Below are positions 38,501 to 50,608 of a stretch of DNA of 64,000 bases, piece after piece; within the stretch, counting starts at the first letter, position 1, and each line of letters opens with the position of its first letter. The stretch comes from Owenia fusiformis (Eukaryota), in contig CAIIXF020000001.1 of NCBI GenBank assembly GCA_903813345.2, positions 48,980,001 to 49,044,000 of the forward strand. Reading direction: 5' to 3'. The translations under genes were made by a program, and so were the position numbers. The notes beneath the pieces were generated by a model, which had not been told where the DNA came from, did no database searches, and saw nothing but the letters and a program-made list of their open reading frames with translations.

Positions 38501-41500
38501 GTATGGAAAGATTGTGAACATGGGAAGGGGCACTTGGTGCAAGACTTAGGTTGAAGCTGTTTTTCTAATATTGTTTGAATTTTATATTACATGTATTGCT
38601 ATATCATAGCGTTGTATTTTAATATTACATTACACTTACAATTAAAATTACACATCTCTTGTACATTTGATATTCACATTATTTTATAGCATAAAACACT
38701 TTTATGTATTAAGCTGATATTAATTATGTGTTAAAAAGCATAATCTGTTTGGAGTCTTATATCTTGTAATTCTTCAGGAGGGTCATGCATATGCACTAAT
38801 AATCTGTCATTGCCACATGTACTAATACTGTCTTGTCATTGTCATTGTAGGAGCTATTACATACATTCCAGGGTTTAAGAAGAAGAAAGATAAGCGTGAC
38901 AAGAAGAAGAAGAAAGACAAGAAGAAAGGAAAAGATCAGGTGGAGCAAGAAGAGAGGAAAACTCCAGAAGTTGATGAAGATGGTTTCTCTATCAGACCAG
39001 AGAATCCTTTGGGAGACAAGGATGGCAATAGCTGGTACTCAAGTTCAGATTCAGACTCAGGTAATACAGGGTGATCCAAAAATGCAACACCCTATTTTTG
39101 GAATATATTTCTTGTGTAAATAAAAAAAACGGAGTGAACAGTGGTATATTCATGTTGCATCTTCAACTTTGAGACAAGGATGGCAATAGCTGGTACTCAA
39201 GTTCAGATTCAGACTTAGGTAATACAGGGTGATACAAAAATGCACCATTTAGTTTTGGAATACATTATTTGTGTAAATAGAGTGAACAGTGGTATATTCA
39301 TATTGCATCTTCAACTTTGATATATAGAGAAATTTTGTTTTCTGTCAAGCCTCGTATTATATTAGTTTCACCCAAAGCTAGTGATTCTATATCCCTCTCA
39401 GACCAATCAGAATACAGTACAATCATGCTGTATAGCAAAAGAGCATGGTTACTAAAGAAAAACTAATAAGTGGTCAAAAGCTCATGGTTTAAGGGTTGAA
39501 AATGAAACCCTAGTGTATTAAATCACTCATAAAGCATATAGAGACCTGGGTATATGTTTATGTTGTACTAATGTATGAGAATCTCATCTACAAATATGAA
39601 AAATACTTGTATCATGTAAATGCTTTTACTTTAGATGGGGAAGAAAAGAAGAAAATTAAAGTTGAAATCAAACCAGTGAACTCCACTGCACCAGTTGCCA
39701 CTGGCAACGTGGATGACATCAGAATATCTGTAGGATCTCTACGTTTATCACCCACACATACGGTAGGAAACAAAGGCTTTGCTTCACAATTATGAGGAAA
39801 TCACTTAGGGCACTTAGAAACAAAGTGTCCCCACTTGTTGACTGAATTAGATTTCTTACATTTAGTGCTGCATTAAACTGATAAGTTAAATATTCCAAGA
39901 AGAAGGGGTCTACATGTATATTTATAGAACAAGGTGTTTTGTACATAAAGCAAAATATAATAACTTTGTTGTTATGAGATTGCATTTTATTGTCTTTTGC
40001 AACCCAATTAGATCAAATAACAATACAAATTAAAGAAGCAAATCTTTTATTCTTAGTTTCCTTCACCAAAAACTATTTTTTACAATCAAAACCACTCAAT
40101 AACATTGTATGCAGTTATTAGCATTTCATATTATAAGTTTATATCTGTCTTTGAAATGGCAACATGTAGCTATTCGAGTGCTTACATGCATGTTGGTGAA
40201 CTAGAATTTGATTTCAGAAAAAGCCAATGAAGACAAATAACTCAGATGCCAATATGAAGAGGTCACAGTCCGTTTCAGATACTCTAGGGTATGTATTCTG
40301 CTTGAATAGTTGTAATATGAGTCTGTACAGGACTTTCAAATGTATAACACCCAGATGCAGGTTATCATTATTTATTATGTCTTGACAATGAAGTGTAGAA
40401 ACCTAAGATCTGTTTAATTTCTAAAATTTTTTTTCATTGCTGTACATCAATTAAGAGATCAATATTGTTCTATGCATAAGTGTGAAAGCATTTGAACTGT
40501 ATTGTATTGGCATAATAATTATTTTTTAATTTATTTAATTTTTAGGAATTCCAAGATGCCAAGTCAGGATCTACTAGGTTTGGATCTATTTGGTTTGTCT
40601 TCAAGTGCTTCCACACCTACTGGGACTACCTATACATTCCCCTCACCCAACAACTCCTTACATAATGACACAACTAGCAATACAAGTCGTGACAACACCC
40701 CCTCTTCTAGTAAGTTCATCCTCACCCAGCTTACCCAGGGGTCAGTTTCTCCGCGCATCAAGGATCCACAAATCAGTTGTTTGTTTGCTTTAATTCTGAG
40801 AAAGAACAATTGATTTGTGGAATGGACGTTTTACAATGTTTGGAGTTTACCCCAGCACTTTAGCTAAAGGTTTAAGGCCAGCTAGTCAAAATAATATTAT
40901 GGACCAATTTCAATGCAATTTTTCTGATCTCATGAAAATATCTTCTCATGAATATTGTGAGTTATGCATTGTAAAATTCAGCTGTCTTTTACAACATTGC
41001 CTCAGTTACTGTAAGACAATTGATTTTTTATGAATTCTAATTCACGGCACAATACTTTTGAGGGATGGACTGTGATTATCTGATTGGCCTTTAGCTAGAG
41101 CCTAAATGTTGCTTGTTACACACTCTTGTGTCTCTAAGCCTTCCTATCCAGGGGTCAACTTGTCACAGTGGACAGTTGTAAAAAACAATCCATAGTATAA
41201 GTATCAATAGTTAAAATTCAATCTCATCATATATTCAAGTTTTCCTCAATGTAATACAGTTAAACTCGTGAGAGTGGCATCCCCTTGGTTCAGCTAAAAG
41301 TGTTGGACTAAGGAAGTGTTCAACTTATATAACAGACTGAAAAAGTTTTTACAAAAGTGTTCCACTTGTAGAGGTGTTCCACTTGACAGGGTTTACTGTA
41401 TGTGGCATGCTTCCTACCTTATATAATAAGATTTAGAATAAGCACATGTATATAAATGCTTGCACTTGTTTTGTCACCATGGATATGTATGTTCTGTCAT

Positions 41501-44500
41501 GTATTTGATGCCAATTAGGCAGCAGAATTAGCATGGCATATCATATTGCATGCTCAAAGCAGTGATAGTGAAGAAATGATTTTGTTACAAATTCTTGATA
41601 AAAGAAGATGTGTCATTATTTTAGGTCTGAAAATAACCAAAATGCCTGAATGTGATCTACTTATTTAATAAAGACACTAAGTATTTGTAATTTAAAAAAT
41701 GACATATGTCGAAAAGAAATTGTAGCACCTTGTAACTTGTGATACTACTGTTAGATTTTGATACAAACCTTCTTTTCTAATTCGGGAAATATTTGAGCAT
41801 GAAAAAATCTTGTATAATTGAATATCAAAAAGCAATCCAACTCATTCTCTAATTGAGCATTTTCAAGTGTTGGTGTTTATAGGTAAGAGGATTTATATCA
41901 GTCATTTTTAAACTGGGGTATTCTAAGATCTCAGTTTTAGCCACAACATTAATTTTATTCAAAGATTTTTTATTTCAGATCCTCTATTCAATTTAGATGA
42001 ATCTGGTAGTAGTGAGGGTGGAACAATTGCCCCCTCTTTGCCTAATAAACAACGGCCTCGTTCAACCACTCCCACTGCTGGCTCTAGTCTATTTCCTGCC
42101 CCACCCCCGCGGCTTGCAGCACCTAGGAAAATTAGTGGCCCACAGGTAGGCAAACCTTGATATTATAATTGCCCTGAAAAACGTTGATATTATAGTATCC
42201 CTGATAAAAGCTTTGATATTATAGTAGCCCTGACAGAGCTTTGATATTATAGTATCCCTGACAGAACTTTGATATTATAGTAGCCCTGACAAAACTTTGA
42301 TAGTATGGTAGCCTAAGATGTTAGTTATCATCTGTTGGGTTTCTACTATACTATTAGAATAGTCATTTATAAGCTGGATTTTTATTTATTCTATTTTGCA
42401 GTCAACAAGTAGACCGACTGGCCGTCAAAGTCCCGCAGCCCCATTTACACGGGCAGATAGTTCAGGTAGTTTAGGTTCCGTCACATTCAATACCACTTCA
42501 ATGCCAACAGGATCATCAAGGGGACCCAGCCCTCTAACTATAGGTACAAGTGAAAACATTGTATATTTTATTGCTTTTAGTTAATAAATATAAATCATGT
42601 AATACCTCAAGTAGAACACTTTCTCGCAAGACCAAGGGTATTCCATTTACACATATTTACTCTTATTTACACATGCAATAGTGCTGTCTATTCTTCTAAT
42701 TCATTTCAAGCAAATCTTGTTATTCTTTTTTTTAGGAATGTCTGACACAATTCCAATTGCAATAGCTTTCACGGAGCAAGTGAATGCTCTCTTCCAAGGC
42801 TCGGATGAAACTAAGTAGGAAATTTTGTTGATTACTTTTGAATTACCCCTCATATAAGCAAAATATTTAGAAGGATTTAGTCCCTATTGAAATCACAGTA
42901 AAATTAAAAGGTCAATGTTTGTAAGTTTAGCATACGTGTATGAATATCTTTATTGCCTGATATTAAGATGATTTTCCAATATTTTGAAAAGTATTTAAAC
43001 ATGAGCCTTACTCAGTTGTCAGTGGTCGATTTTAAAACTTCATACAGTAAAACATGCTAGTTTGGATAAAAAGCAATCAATTTGTTTTCTAGTTGAGAAA
43101 TGTTTAAAGAGAGAATCAGAGATAGCGAGCAGGCTAAAAAAAAAATTGTATCAATTTCAGAATATTTTTGGCTCATGTCATTCCTTGTCACGTCTATTTT
43201 CTAAAAATCACAAAAGTGCACACTTTATTCAAGGAAAACAATAGATTTTTACAATAATGTATTATTTTTCTATAAGAATGGTTACCATTCTTATTATTTG
43301 GGAGAATTTTAAGATTTTTCACCCATTTTTGCACTTTGAATCATTAATAACTTCAACAATTTATAATATATTGTGAATCTTTTGGGAGATATTGTATTTG
43401 ATATTGTAAGGAATAGATTGGTAGGTCATTATGCACGTTGCTTGTAATTTTGTCACCCCCTATAGATCTGATTCTGCCTTTAAGCTTTAATGTTTATTGA
43501 AAGGAAAATTGTGTATCATAATCTTTGAAAAGAACTGGCGTTTCAATATTTAATATCGCAGGTGTAAAAAATAGGATATCGCAATAACCTGATAAATGTT
43601 ATTTGACACTAGGTGTAAAGTGAAGTCCACGGGAGATGTGACCATATCGTTCCCTACAGGAATTGTTAAGGCCCTGCTAGATAACCCCAACCCTAGTGTT
43701 TTAACTTTCCGAATGAAAAATGTGCAAAGCTTACAAGATATAGTGGTCAATAAGCAGCTTGTAACAGAGTGAGTATGAACTATGTAAAAATACAGATAAA
43801 TTATTGTGTTTGATATAATGATGTAAATGGGTTCAGATTGGATTCAAGTACAGTGAAGCCCAATTTTAGCTCCAAGTTTTACATGTTCATTGATAATCCT
43901 TTGTACCCAAATATAAAACATGATATAGCCAACACCCTTAAGCTCTATTTCTTATTTTAACATAACAGTCTATGCTTCAGTGATATCACTTTATTTTCAT
44001 TTCCATGTGAATTACCAAATGTTTTTCTAATCAATAGGTTTATTTCATAAATACAAACAAATATACAATGAAAAGACAGGGTTGGAGCAAATCGCCTTCC
44101 GGCATTTCATGTCCCCATTTGAATATTTACAATAGAGAGCATGTATGCAAGATTCAAATAGCTAAAATTTGGACAAATATAAAATAAAGATAAATTACCA
44201 ACTAATTTATCATATTTATCAATGAATAATTCCTTATTTCAGAGAAACATCGCAGTCAACCAGTCAATGTAGAGTGTATTCCTTTGATATGCCAAATCTC
44301 TCTGAACATCTACGGAAGCAACATGAAACTAATCAGGGTTCTAGCTATTTCAATATTGACATTCTTAAATATCAGGTATGTATGTATTCTGTGAAAGTAT
44401 CCAAGAGAAATGGGAAATTAAGAATTTAGTAGGTCTACAATACAGAATTAATAAACCAGATGAAATAATTCTTGATTTTCATCATTTAATATTCAGATGA

Positions 44501-45971
44501 GTCAATGTATGCTCATTGTCCATTGTTTTTGGAAATTGAAAATAGAAGCAGAAAAAGACAAACAAACATGTTCATGTATGTGTCTGTAGTCTAAACTGAT
44601 GTCAAGTAAAAAAAACTCGCAAATAATTAACTAATATTTAATTGTTGCATACAGATTATACAGTCAGGTATACAGTCCACACCTCTACATCTGACAACAT
44701 ATTGGAAATGTGAGCCTCATCAGACAGACTTCAGGCTGGATTACACTTACAATGGGGCTGCTATCAGTCAGAAGTCACCTCTGTCTAATGTCACTGTGAC
44801 CTGCATTGTGACTGGAGATGTTACCAACATGCAGGCTAAACCCTCAGGAATATGGTAAGAAGTTTTCCAAGTACGATAAGGGACAATGAATTGAAAGTAT
44901 ATATTGGAATGTGTAGTAAGTCACTCATGACTGAGAGTGGTACTCATTACTAGGTAAAGAGGTTTGGATGTACTAAATAATAAACAAGGACTTTTAATCA
45001 GGTCTGCCATTTTTTATGTTGTTAGTTTCTCAATCTTATAATCTTGATTGATTGAAGAGTCAATAGCTTTCATAGTTCAGTGTTAACCATGTAATTTATT
45101 GTCAATTATAAAAGTTATTATTTGTATTAAATCCTTTGTTTAAATTCAGGAGTTGAATACTTCAGATGGTTACTTTGGACTAACCAGTTGAACTTGGATG
45201 CTGTACTTGTAGGAATGGTGCAAATAAGCGTGCAGTATGGAAGCTGCCAGATATCAGTGATATGAATGAGGATGGGGGTCAGGGATGTTTACGTGCCAAA
45301 TTTGACCTCGCAGCTGGCCCCACCAACCCCAGTGCAGTAGCGGTACAGTTCACCTGCGAAAACTCATCACTGTCAGGAATTGATTTTGAACTTGCGGGAG
45401 GTGGTTACAGACTATCACTTGCAAAGAAACGATTCACATCAGGTGAGTTGAGTCATTCACCATATAAATCAACATTTAAATGAACCTAATGGGGTTGAGT
45501 TGTTGACCATATAAGGCAATCTATTGCACTTGAGGTCACATTAGGAAAACCATCTGGTGAGTCAGACCCTTATTTAGTTATAAGAAACTATATTTTGGTA
45601 ATATTCAGGATGATGCAATACAGAGCACTGGTTCATCTGACAGTGACTGGTGAATCTCACTGTGGGGCAGCTGTTATTTCACATTGAATTAATAAATGGG
45701 ATAATAGCAGTATAGCTCCATAATTCAATGTTGACTCAACCAGTAAAATGTTTTGTTTTGCTGATTTATTTTGATAAAATTGTCATTAGTGTCAAGCCCT
45801 TTTTTACATGTCAAAATGAAAAAAAATCATAGAAAAGCTTAACCAGTGAGACTTAGGGGATAATCAAGCAAGCACTGATTTATAATGGAGTTATGATGCA
45901 TCCTGCCTGGTAAGATTCTGGTATTTCTATGTAAAAGTTTAATTGCAGGTCGGTATATGGTCCAGGTCTAG
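14570..45971 (+). CDS. FCHO2: F-BAR domain only protein (FCHo1/2, muniscin family), about 941 aa, 22 coding exons
   Basis: All introns are GT-AG with consistent phases. Exons: 14570-14596 (MISFTDNFW), 20573-20664 ([17 protein letters not shown]), 27091-27165, 29878-30019, 34764-34835, 35087-35192, 35882-35961, 36346-36541, 36909-37022 (GLIQFEE), 37703-37921 (alternative donor 37948), 38851-39060 ([19 protein letters not shown]), 39635-39762 (KKIKVEIKP), 40218-40288, 40546-40709, 41979-42145, 42402-42543 ([12 protein letters not shown]), 42736-42814, 43613-43768, 44243-44375, 44655-44854, 45213-45442, 45949-45971 (GRYMVQV*). Motifs match FCHO1/2 as recalled; the invertebrate gene is probably co-orthologous to both. 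Confidence 0.95.
14792..17640 (-). mobile_element. CR1-group non-LTR retrotransposon (LINE), 5'-truncated, antisense in FCHo intron 1
   Basis: APE endonuclease plus RT ORF, short 3' UTR, (GAA)n tail (TTC x6 on + at 14789-14806), GTTC duplicated at 14788-14791 and 17641-17644. Visibly higher GC than the flanks. Clade assignment is from recalled motifs. Confidence 0.93.
14928..17639 (-). CDS. LINE ORF2: endonuclease / reverse transcriptase (no start codon, about 903 aa open)
   Basis: Frame is open from the truncation point ([13 protein letters not shown]) through [48 protein letters not shown] to [11 protein letters not shown]. No stops or frameshifts. Confidence 0.93.
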   Translation of the reverse strand: MIKPDIIIGTETWLKPQILSSEAIPPNFETYRKDRPDGHGGVLVSISKALISSQIPLQTTSELVAVKVKQHKAKQPLIIVGAYRPTNNDIDNSQEMCRCLSTLATAHPNATLWVAGDFNLPDINWPTNTIEGNQYLKSINEIFLGLFPDIGVEQLVDFPTRMANTLDLFATNRPSLVHSCKTIPGISDHDIVQIDTNTQATRQRPVKRLIYLWKRADMDTLKTDVATFAKSFCEKCDISTPIQDLWDELSKACNRFMAKSVPSKMTSSRFDQPWITTTVKQLSHRKKRAYNRARKSKRSQDWNYYRSVKNKSQRECKKAYNTYLDGLVGDGCNKRFFSFIKSKKCDNSGVAPLKRDGTTFSSSKAKAEVLNDQFVSVFTHEPEGAIPNKGPSPHPRMPNISIHVDGVLKQLKTLKPHKATGPDNISAQFLKMTASEIAPAISLIFQASLNQGKIPKVWKDANIVALFKKGDRSLASNYRPVSLTSICCKVLEHIIFSETMKHLETNKILTNFQHGFRAERSCETQLIVTIHDLARELNNGDQADAILLDFSKAFDKVPHRRLLHKLQFYGITGSTHAWIKDFLTDRTQCVVLDGEQSKSAPVTSGVPQGTVLGPLLFLAYINDLPEAVTSTTRLFADDCLMYRRVKSEMDAKRLQQDLDTLQRWEDSWLMRFNPDKCEVLHISKKRSPRLHQYCIHDQPLCAVDTAKYLGVNISNTLSWNPHVSAITKKANSTLGFLRRNISSCPSNVRKQAYTTFVRPQLEYASSVWSPYMKKAIGQVEGVQRRAARFITQDYRQTSSPTTMLRNLQLPPLQDRRNLTRVVMLHKIVHHKVAIPPAAYLELVGSVTRGHNLRYLVPSSRVDLHLYSFFPATIRLWNLLPANVAMIDSLDIFKKEAGSVMLSY
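17769..18327. mobile_element. MITE with 5-bp TSD (hAT5-like), disrupted by a local duplication
   Basis: ACAGT|CATGGGCGTAGCGC ... GCGCTACGCCCATG|ACAGT. Confidence 0.75.
17868..18240 (+). repeat. Tandem duplicate of 14696-14791 + 17645-17870 (empty LINE site)
   Basis: TAGGCGTACTGTGAGG..GATTGAATCGTTCAATTTG.. is contiguous here but split by the LINE in the upstream copy. Confidence 0.93.
21288..22940 (+). mobile_element. HINE-like element with internal tandem core repeats
   Basis: Subterminal inverted repeat ATGTCCCCACC / GGTGGGGACAT, (CCGT/CTGT)n microsatellite, about 164-bp core repeats at 22010-22870, T-rich flanks. Confidence 0.8.
23580..24167. mobile_element. Degenerate TIR element
   Basis: TCGTCGTATGAGAATAATAATGTCCCAA vs TTGGGACATTTTTATTCTCATAGGGCGA. 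Confidence 0.55.
25764..25925. repeat. 31-bp minisatellite x5 at the end of a degenerate foldback (arms about 25255-25412 and 25630-25780)
   Basis: CATTTGTAACTCAATCAATTCCTGAAAAACA repeated. Confidence 0.9.
27352..28132 (+). mobile_element. HINE-like element (same family as 1669-2483)
   Basis: ATCCCAACGAAC ... GTTCGTTGGGAT subterminal inverted repeat, microsatellite, 3' hairpin GCTACTCCGCGGAGTTGC. Confidence 0.82.
28953..29159. mobile_element. MITE with 5-bp TSD (hAT5-like)
   Basis: CTCTA|CAGTGATCTCCC ... GGGAGATCACTG|CTCTA. A related decayed fragment lies near 23040-23163. Confidence 0.8.
29418..29907 (+). repeat. 54-bp tandem array (9 copies) spanning the intron 3 / exon 4 junction of FCHo
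   Basis: Unit TGAACCTAATTTTATTCCTTATTTGCAG-GTCATTTGCCCCATTTTGGCAGGTAT. Exon-start positions at 29446 + 54n up to 29878. Confidence 0.97.
32588..32840 (-). mobile_element. Inverted partial copy of the 7005-7267 hairpin element
   Basis: Near-identical reverse complement, including the CCGGAAGCGGGAAGATATGCA repeats. Confidence 0.85.
32841..34170 (+). mobile_element. HINE-like element lacking its 5' end, about 125-140-bp core repeats
   Basis: Begins at (CCGT)n. Repeated CAAAATGGCCGCC / GGCCATTTTGAA cores. 3' GTTCGATGGGAT plus hairpin. Confidence 0.8.
39013..39320 (+). repeat. About 158-bp tandem duplication spanning the FCHo exon 11 donor
   Basis: GAGACAAGGATGGCAATAGCTGGTACTCAAGTTCAGATTCAGACT(C/T)AGGTAATACAGGGTGAT..CTTCAACTTTGA occurs twice (39013 and 39171). 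Confidence 0.93.
41257..41398. mobile_element. Short TA-flanked Tigger/pogo-like MITE (similar remnants near 31546 and 57972)
   Basis: TA|CAGTTAAACTC ... GGGTTTACTG|TA. Confidence 0.55.
42157..42314. repeat. 28-29-bp minisatellite x5-6
   Basis: TTGATATTATAGTA(G/T)CCCTGACA.. repeated just after the exon 15 donor. Confidence 0.85.
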
Positions 45972-46052
45972 CATGAGGTAAGAGCCTTATATGTCACACA
46001 ATTTGTATACAAGCTTTAGGGTCATGGGTACACTATAAAGCACTATCTCTGA

Positions 46053-46760
46053 TTATCCCAACAAAGAAAGTTCGAGAGGGATATAGAGAATCCATCCGTC
46101 TGTCTGTTCTTCCATCCATCCGTTTGTGTTTTCAGGCGATAACTCAAATACCGGTTGACAGATTCAATTAAAATTTTATAGGCTTATGCCTTATGGGTGT
46201 AGGACCTCTGCTCGAGAATGAATTTTCAATATGGGCCCTCAATTCAAAATGGCCAACATTTTTTTGTAAAAAATGTAATATTTGATAACTCAAATACTAG
46301 TTGACAGATTTAATTCAAATTTTTTGTTAAATACAAGTAAACGGATTTGGTTCAAATTGTATGCCTAAGAATAAAGTAGCTCTGTTCAAGAAAGAATTTT
46401 CAAGATGTTGGCTGACTTTCAAAATGGCTACCATTTTTCGGAAAAAAACATAATCTTTGATAACTCAAAAACCAGTGAACGAATTTGGTTCAAATTTTAT
46501 ATGCTGATGCCTAGGGATGCAGTGCTCTGTTCTAGAAAGAATTTTTAAGATGGCGGCTGAATTTTAAAATGGCCACCATTTTTCATAAAGAACATAATCT
46601 TTGATAACTCAAATGCCAATTGACAGATTTTGTTCAAATTATGCTGCTACCTAGGGAAAAGGAGCTCTGCTTAAGAAGAAATTTTCAAGATGGCCACTTA
46701 TTATCAAAATATGTTTTGTTTGGTGGGATTTGCTACTCCGTGGAGTTGCTGTTTTTAAAG
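46053..46760 (+). mobile_element. HINE-like element just 3' of the FCHo stop codon
   Basis: ATTATCCCAAC start, microsatellite, core repeats, GGGATTTGCTACTCCGTGGAGTTGC end. Confidence 0.78.
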
Positions 46761-48303
46761 TTCTTGTATATACTGGCGTAAATTTCCCACTTTTTCAAAC
46801 AATGAGTTAAATCAAAGCTCATATAGTCATAGCGCTATGAATTTTTTAACCAAGGGAGTTGTACTGTTGCTTTGTCCACTGAAAAATAGTTGAAATCAAC
46901 AAATCACTGTCATGTTTGTTCATTGATTGTAGTTGATAGATGCATGATTTATATATTGGATTGAAGCTTATTGTATCTCTTGGAAATTCCATATAATTTT
47001 GTCCTCGGTATCAAGTGATTACAATATGGAGCAATCAGCTTGTAGTTCAGCAAATGGTGTCTGTGTTATATGTGTGGAATATTATACTATTCAAAATGCT
47101 CTGTTGCTTTCTGCATTAAGTAGTAAATTCCGGTGAGTCACTATACAAAATTGGTAGTGATTTTAATTTTCAGAAGTTGCAAATAAGGTGAATCATACAA
47201 AAGTATTGCATAAATTGTACTTTAGATTAAACAATATAAGGAATCCACCTTTCCAACATCCCCATCTTCATATAATAATTCTTCAGCATTTTTAAATGAA
47301 TCACACAATAGGGGGCCCAGAACTTATCTCTGTGGAACTTAATACATCCTCCAAACACAGGGGTCATTCAGACATCATTGGAACACAGTGGATGATATCG
47401 GGACCCCTGCATTTGGAGGATGCCCCTAATGTAAATGCTTTTTAAGTTATAATTCTATTCAAATCCTACTTTCCCAAATCCATCCATCCCCAAGGGTGAT
47501 AGACTATGAATTAGACTGTGTCTAGACTACATCTAGACTGCAAATATCCATCCACATTCAAAATATTCTAGACTACAAATCATTGCAAAGTTTGAATTTA
47601 TTCTTTGATAATCGTTAAACCATACATTTTAGCCACCATTTACAATTTAGTAATGGAGTCCTAATATACCATGTCACATGATTACTCCTCTCCAATCAGG
47701 TATGATTACACCATAATTAAGGATTACACTTGTGTAAATGAAGGATCATGGGAATTAGACATGTCCTTAGTGAGTCAGATGATTAATTCTAACGAATAAG
47801 TAATTGCAAGCACAATCCCTTTGAATTTCTTTAACATTTTGCTGTGTGACTTTTGGGTTGTCCAGATCACAGATCATTAATATTATACATGTATGAATGG
47901 TTTTAATCAATTAAAAGTAGTAGTGTTGGGTACAAAAGAGACATAAAAGAATTCTAAAGGCCAAGATGAAACGGCTTCAAAATTTATATTTTAGATGTGT
48001 ATTGTGTAATGACATTATCATGGTACCATAAACAATATCCATATCCATTATTTCAGTCATGTGTATATACATTAAAATCTATATGGTACCTCATAATAGT
48101 GTTCTACTCAGAAGGTGTTCCTCGTATTGAGGTTCAATTTATGCTAAGTTAATGTGTAACAGGACTATTCATATAAAAACTTGATCTTTATTTGTCCTAC
48201 TCAAAGGGTGATGATATTCCAATAACCTCATTTCAGCGGACAACATAGTGAGATTTGCCCCAATGGCTGAAATGAGGTTATTCATATTTCAACCACCTAT
48301 TGA

Positions 48304-48560
48304 AAACTAGGTACAAACTTATAATTCACCATTGACTTGATCATGGCAGAAAATGACAACTATGGCCCTTCATTAGACTCCATCTATTGCTCAAGTCAGT
48401 AAAGTTTTACATCTTAAGTAAACCTTCTAAACTAGGTACAAACTTATAATTCACCATTGACTTGATCATGGCAGAAAATGACAACTATGGCCCTTCATTA
48501 GACTCCATCTATTGCTCAAGTCAGTAAAGTTTTACATCTTAAGTAAACCTTCTAAACTAG
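48304..48560. repeat. 125-bp exact tandem duplication
   Basis: AAACTAGGTACAAACTTATAATTC..GTAAACCTTCT twice, bounded by AAACTAG microhomology. Confidence 0.92.
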
Positions 48561-48796
48561 TACTTATAGCCTGAGAACAGACCTTGCAAGGTGGTGATAA
48601 TTACTTTAACCCACTGGGTCACCCATCAATGCTAACTTAGGGTATTACATTTATGTCTTCCAGGTAGATACCTTGTAGAGACAGATGCAGATGTCAGATA
48701 TGTGTAGTTTAAAGTTTTTGACCTGGTAACATTGGACCATCATGTTGAAGAGACCAAAATGCATTTGTTCCTGTTGCTTCTTTCTTTGGCCCTTAG

Positions 48797-49160
48797 ATGT
48801 CACAACAGAACTTTTATATCACAGATGACTCCAAATTGTCACAACAGAATTATGCTATGTGACAATTATTGGCACAACAGACAAGATAATTTTTAGTGCC
48901 ACATTGGATTCAAATTGTCACAACAGAACTCATTTATGTTACATCTGACTTTAAATCATCACAATGGAACTCTTATATCACAGATGACTCCAAATTGTCA
49001 CAACAGAACTATTCAATGTGACAGTTGTCGTCACAACAGAAGTATTTAGTGCCTCACCGAATTCAAATTGTCCAAACAGAAATCTTTTATGTTACAACTG
49101 ACTAAATTGTCACAATGTGACTCTTATTTGTGTCATCCCAATGAGCGTGATGTCACTACA
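48797..49160. repeat. Degenerate repeat with GTCACAACAGAA core
   Basis: Core recurs about every 40 bp; higher-order period about 160 bp. Confidence 0.7.
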
Positions 49161-50510
49161 GATCCCGTATACTTTCCTGCTGGTCATTGTGACCCAAAAT
49201 TCTCAATGTGTAATACCATATAATAGAGCTTCAAATGAATAATCATTTTCAACTTTACAATAATGTATATGCTTGCAGGCTTGTTAGCCTTAGAATCTTG
49301 GATCCTATCTGAGATTTTTAAATTCGTCTTTGTCCGATTATGTATGTATGTCCATGTTGAACTGCGGCATATGTTGTGTGTTAACTTTCTCAATTCTGTA
49401 CAGTATGTACTTGGGTGTAAAATTGCCAAAATACAAAGTTCCAGATGATTCTGCGACACCAGTCTTGTCAAACTGATTCAGGTATTGGTCCTTCCATATC
49501 TTGAGTGATGTACAGTCTGCAAAATTATTTGTACAACAAACTGACTAATGTACCCCAATGAGCAAAATCATTTTGATGTAAAATGGAGAATGATATATTA
49601 CGCCACCTAAGATGTTAAATATTATTGATATTAAATGTCAGTCAAATATCTATGTTTTGTCAAACCTAAAGTTAAAACCATTTTATTTGTCCTATCTATA
49701 TTCCATATTATTTATGCTAACTAAAGTGAGGGTTTGTTAAAGAATTTCACAGTGAACTTTCTTGTTATTTCCTACTGAATACATTTTAAAGAACACCTCG
49801 TTTTCTCAATTGTTAATGAATTAAGAGTATGTTAACAGAAACATACTTACGGTCTGTAATTACATAGAAAGATGAATCTGACACGTTCAGAGCATCTGTG
49901 TGTTAAATTTAAGAGGTAAACGAAGATATAGGAGAATAATGAGAAAAATCATCCATGTTTTTTTGTATTTCTGAAAGCATTTGTGTATGGTTTTAATAAA
50001 CCAATTTGTGAGAGACTTATCAATGTTAAGATTATGTACCTTGGGATTTAATGTTTTTTTTTCTGCATTTTTGTAAGAAAACTGATCATTATAATCTGAA
50101 GGAAATATTTTATGATGTGTTCATTTTACTTGATTCTAACAATAAAATATGTATAAATATAAATAAATAAATTGTTTTACACATTTTATGTATAAATAAC
50201 AATGAAACATATCTAAATGTAAAACATCAGGTTAAGACTGAGATTTTTCATATAATGTACATGTACTGTATATGTACTGTATACCTATGACAGCCAATAT
50301 ATGTTTCTTAGTGTAACCAATATACAAATGTACACTTATGTAGATGTCTCTTTAGTTCATTTATGCGCTTCATTATGCACATTTGTAAAATGAAATCATT
50401 GCAATATAATGCATTATAAAACAGGCTGTATTCATTATGTATAAATAATGTGCCATTGTACTCTTATAAACACAGTAAATTTAATAAATGTATATGAATT
50501 ATAAAATTAA

Positions 50511-50560
50511 AATAAAGATATTTATTTGACATATATTTTGTTGCTTTGTTTTTTTTGTCA
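50511..50560 (+). terminator. Candidate FCHo polyadenylation signal
   Basis: AATAAA at 50511-50516, with upstream TGTA-rich tract and downstream GT/T-rich element. Confidence 0.4.
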
Positions 50561-50608
50561 TGTGGCTGGTCAAGTAGAGGCAGTATGTAAGGCACAGTAA
50601 ACAAAATA

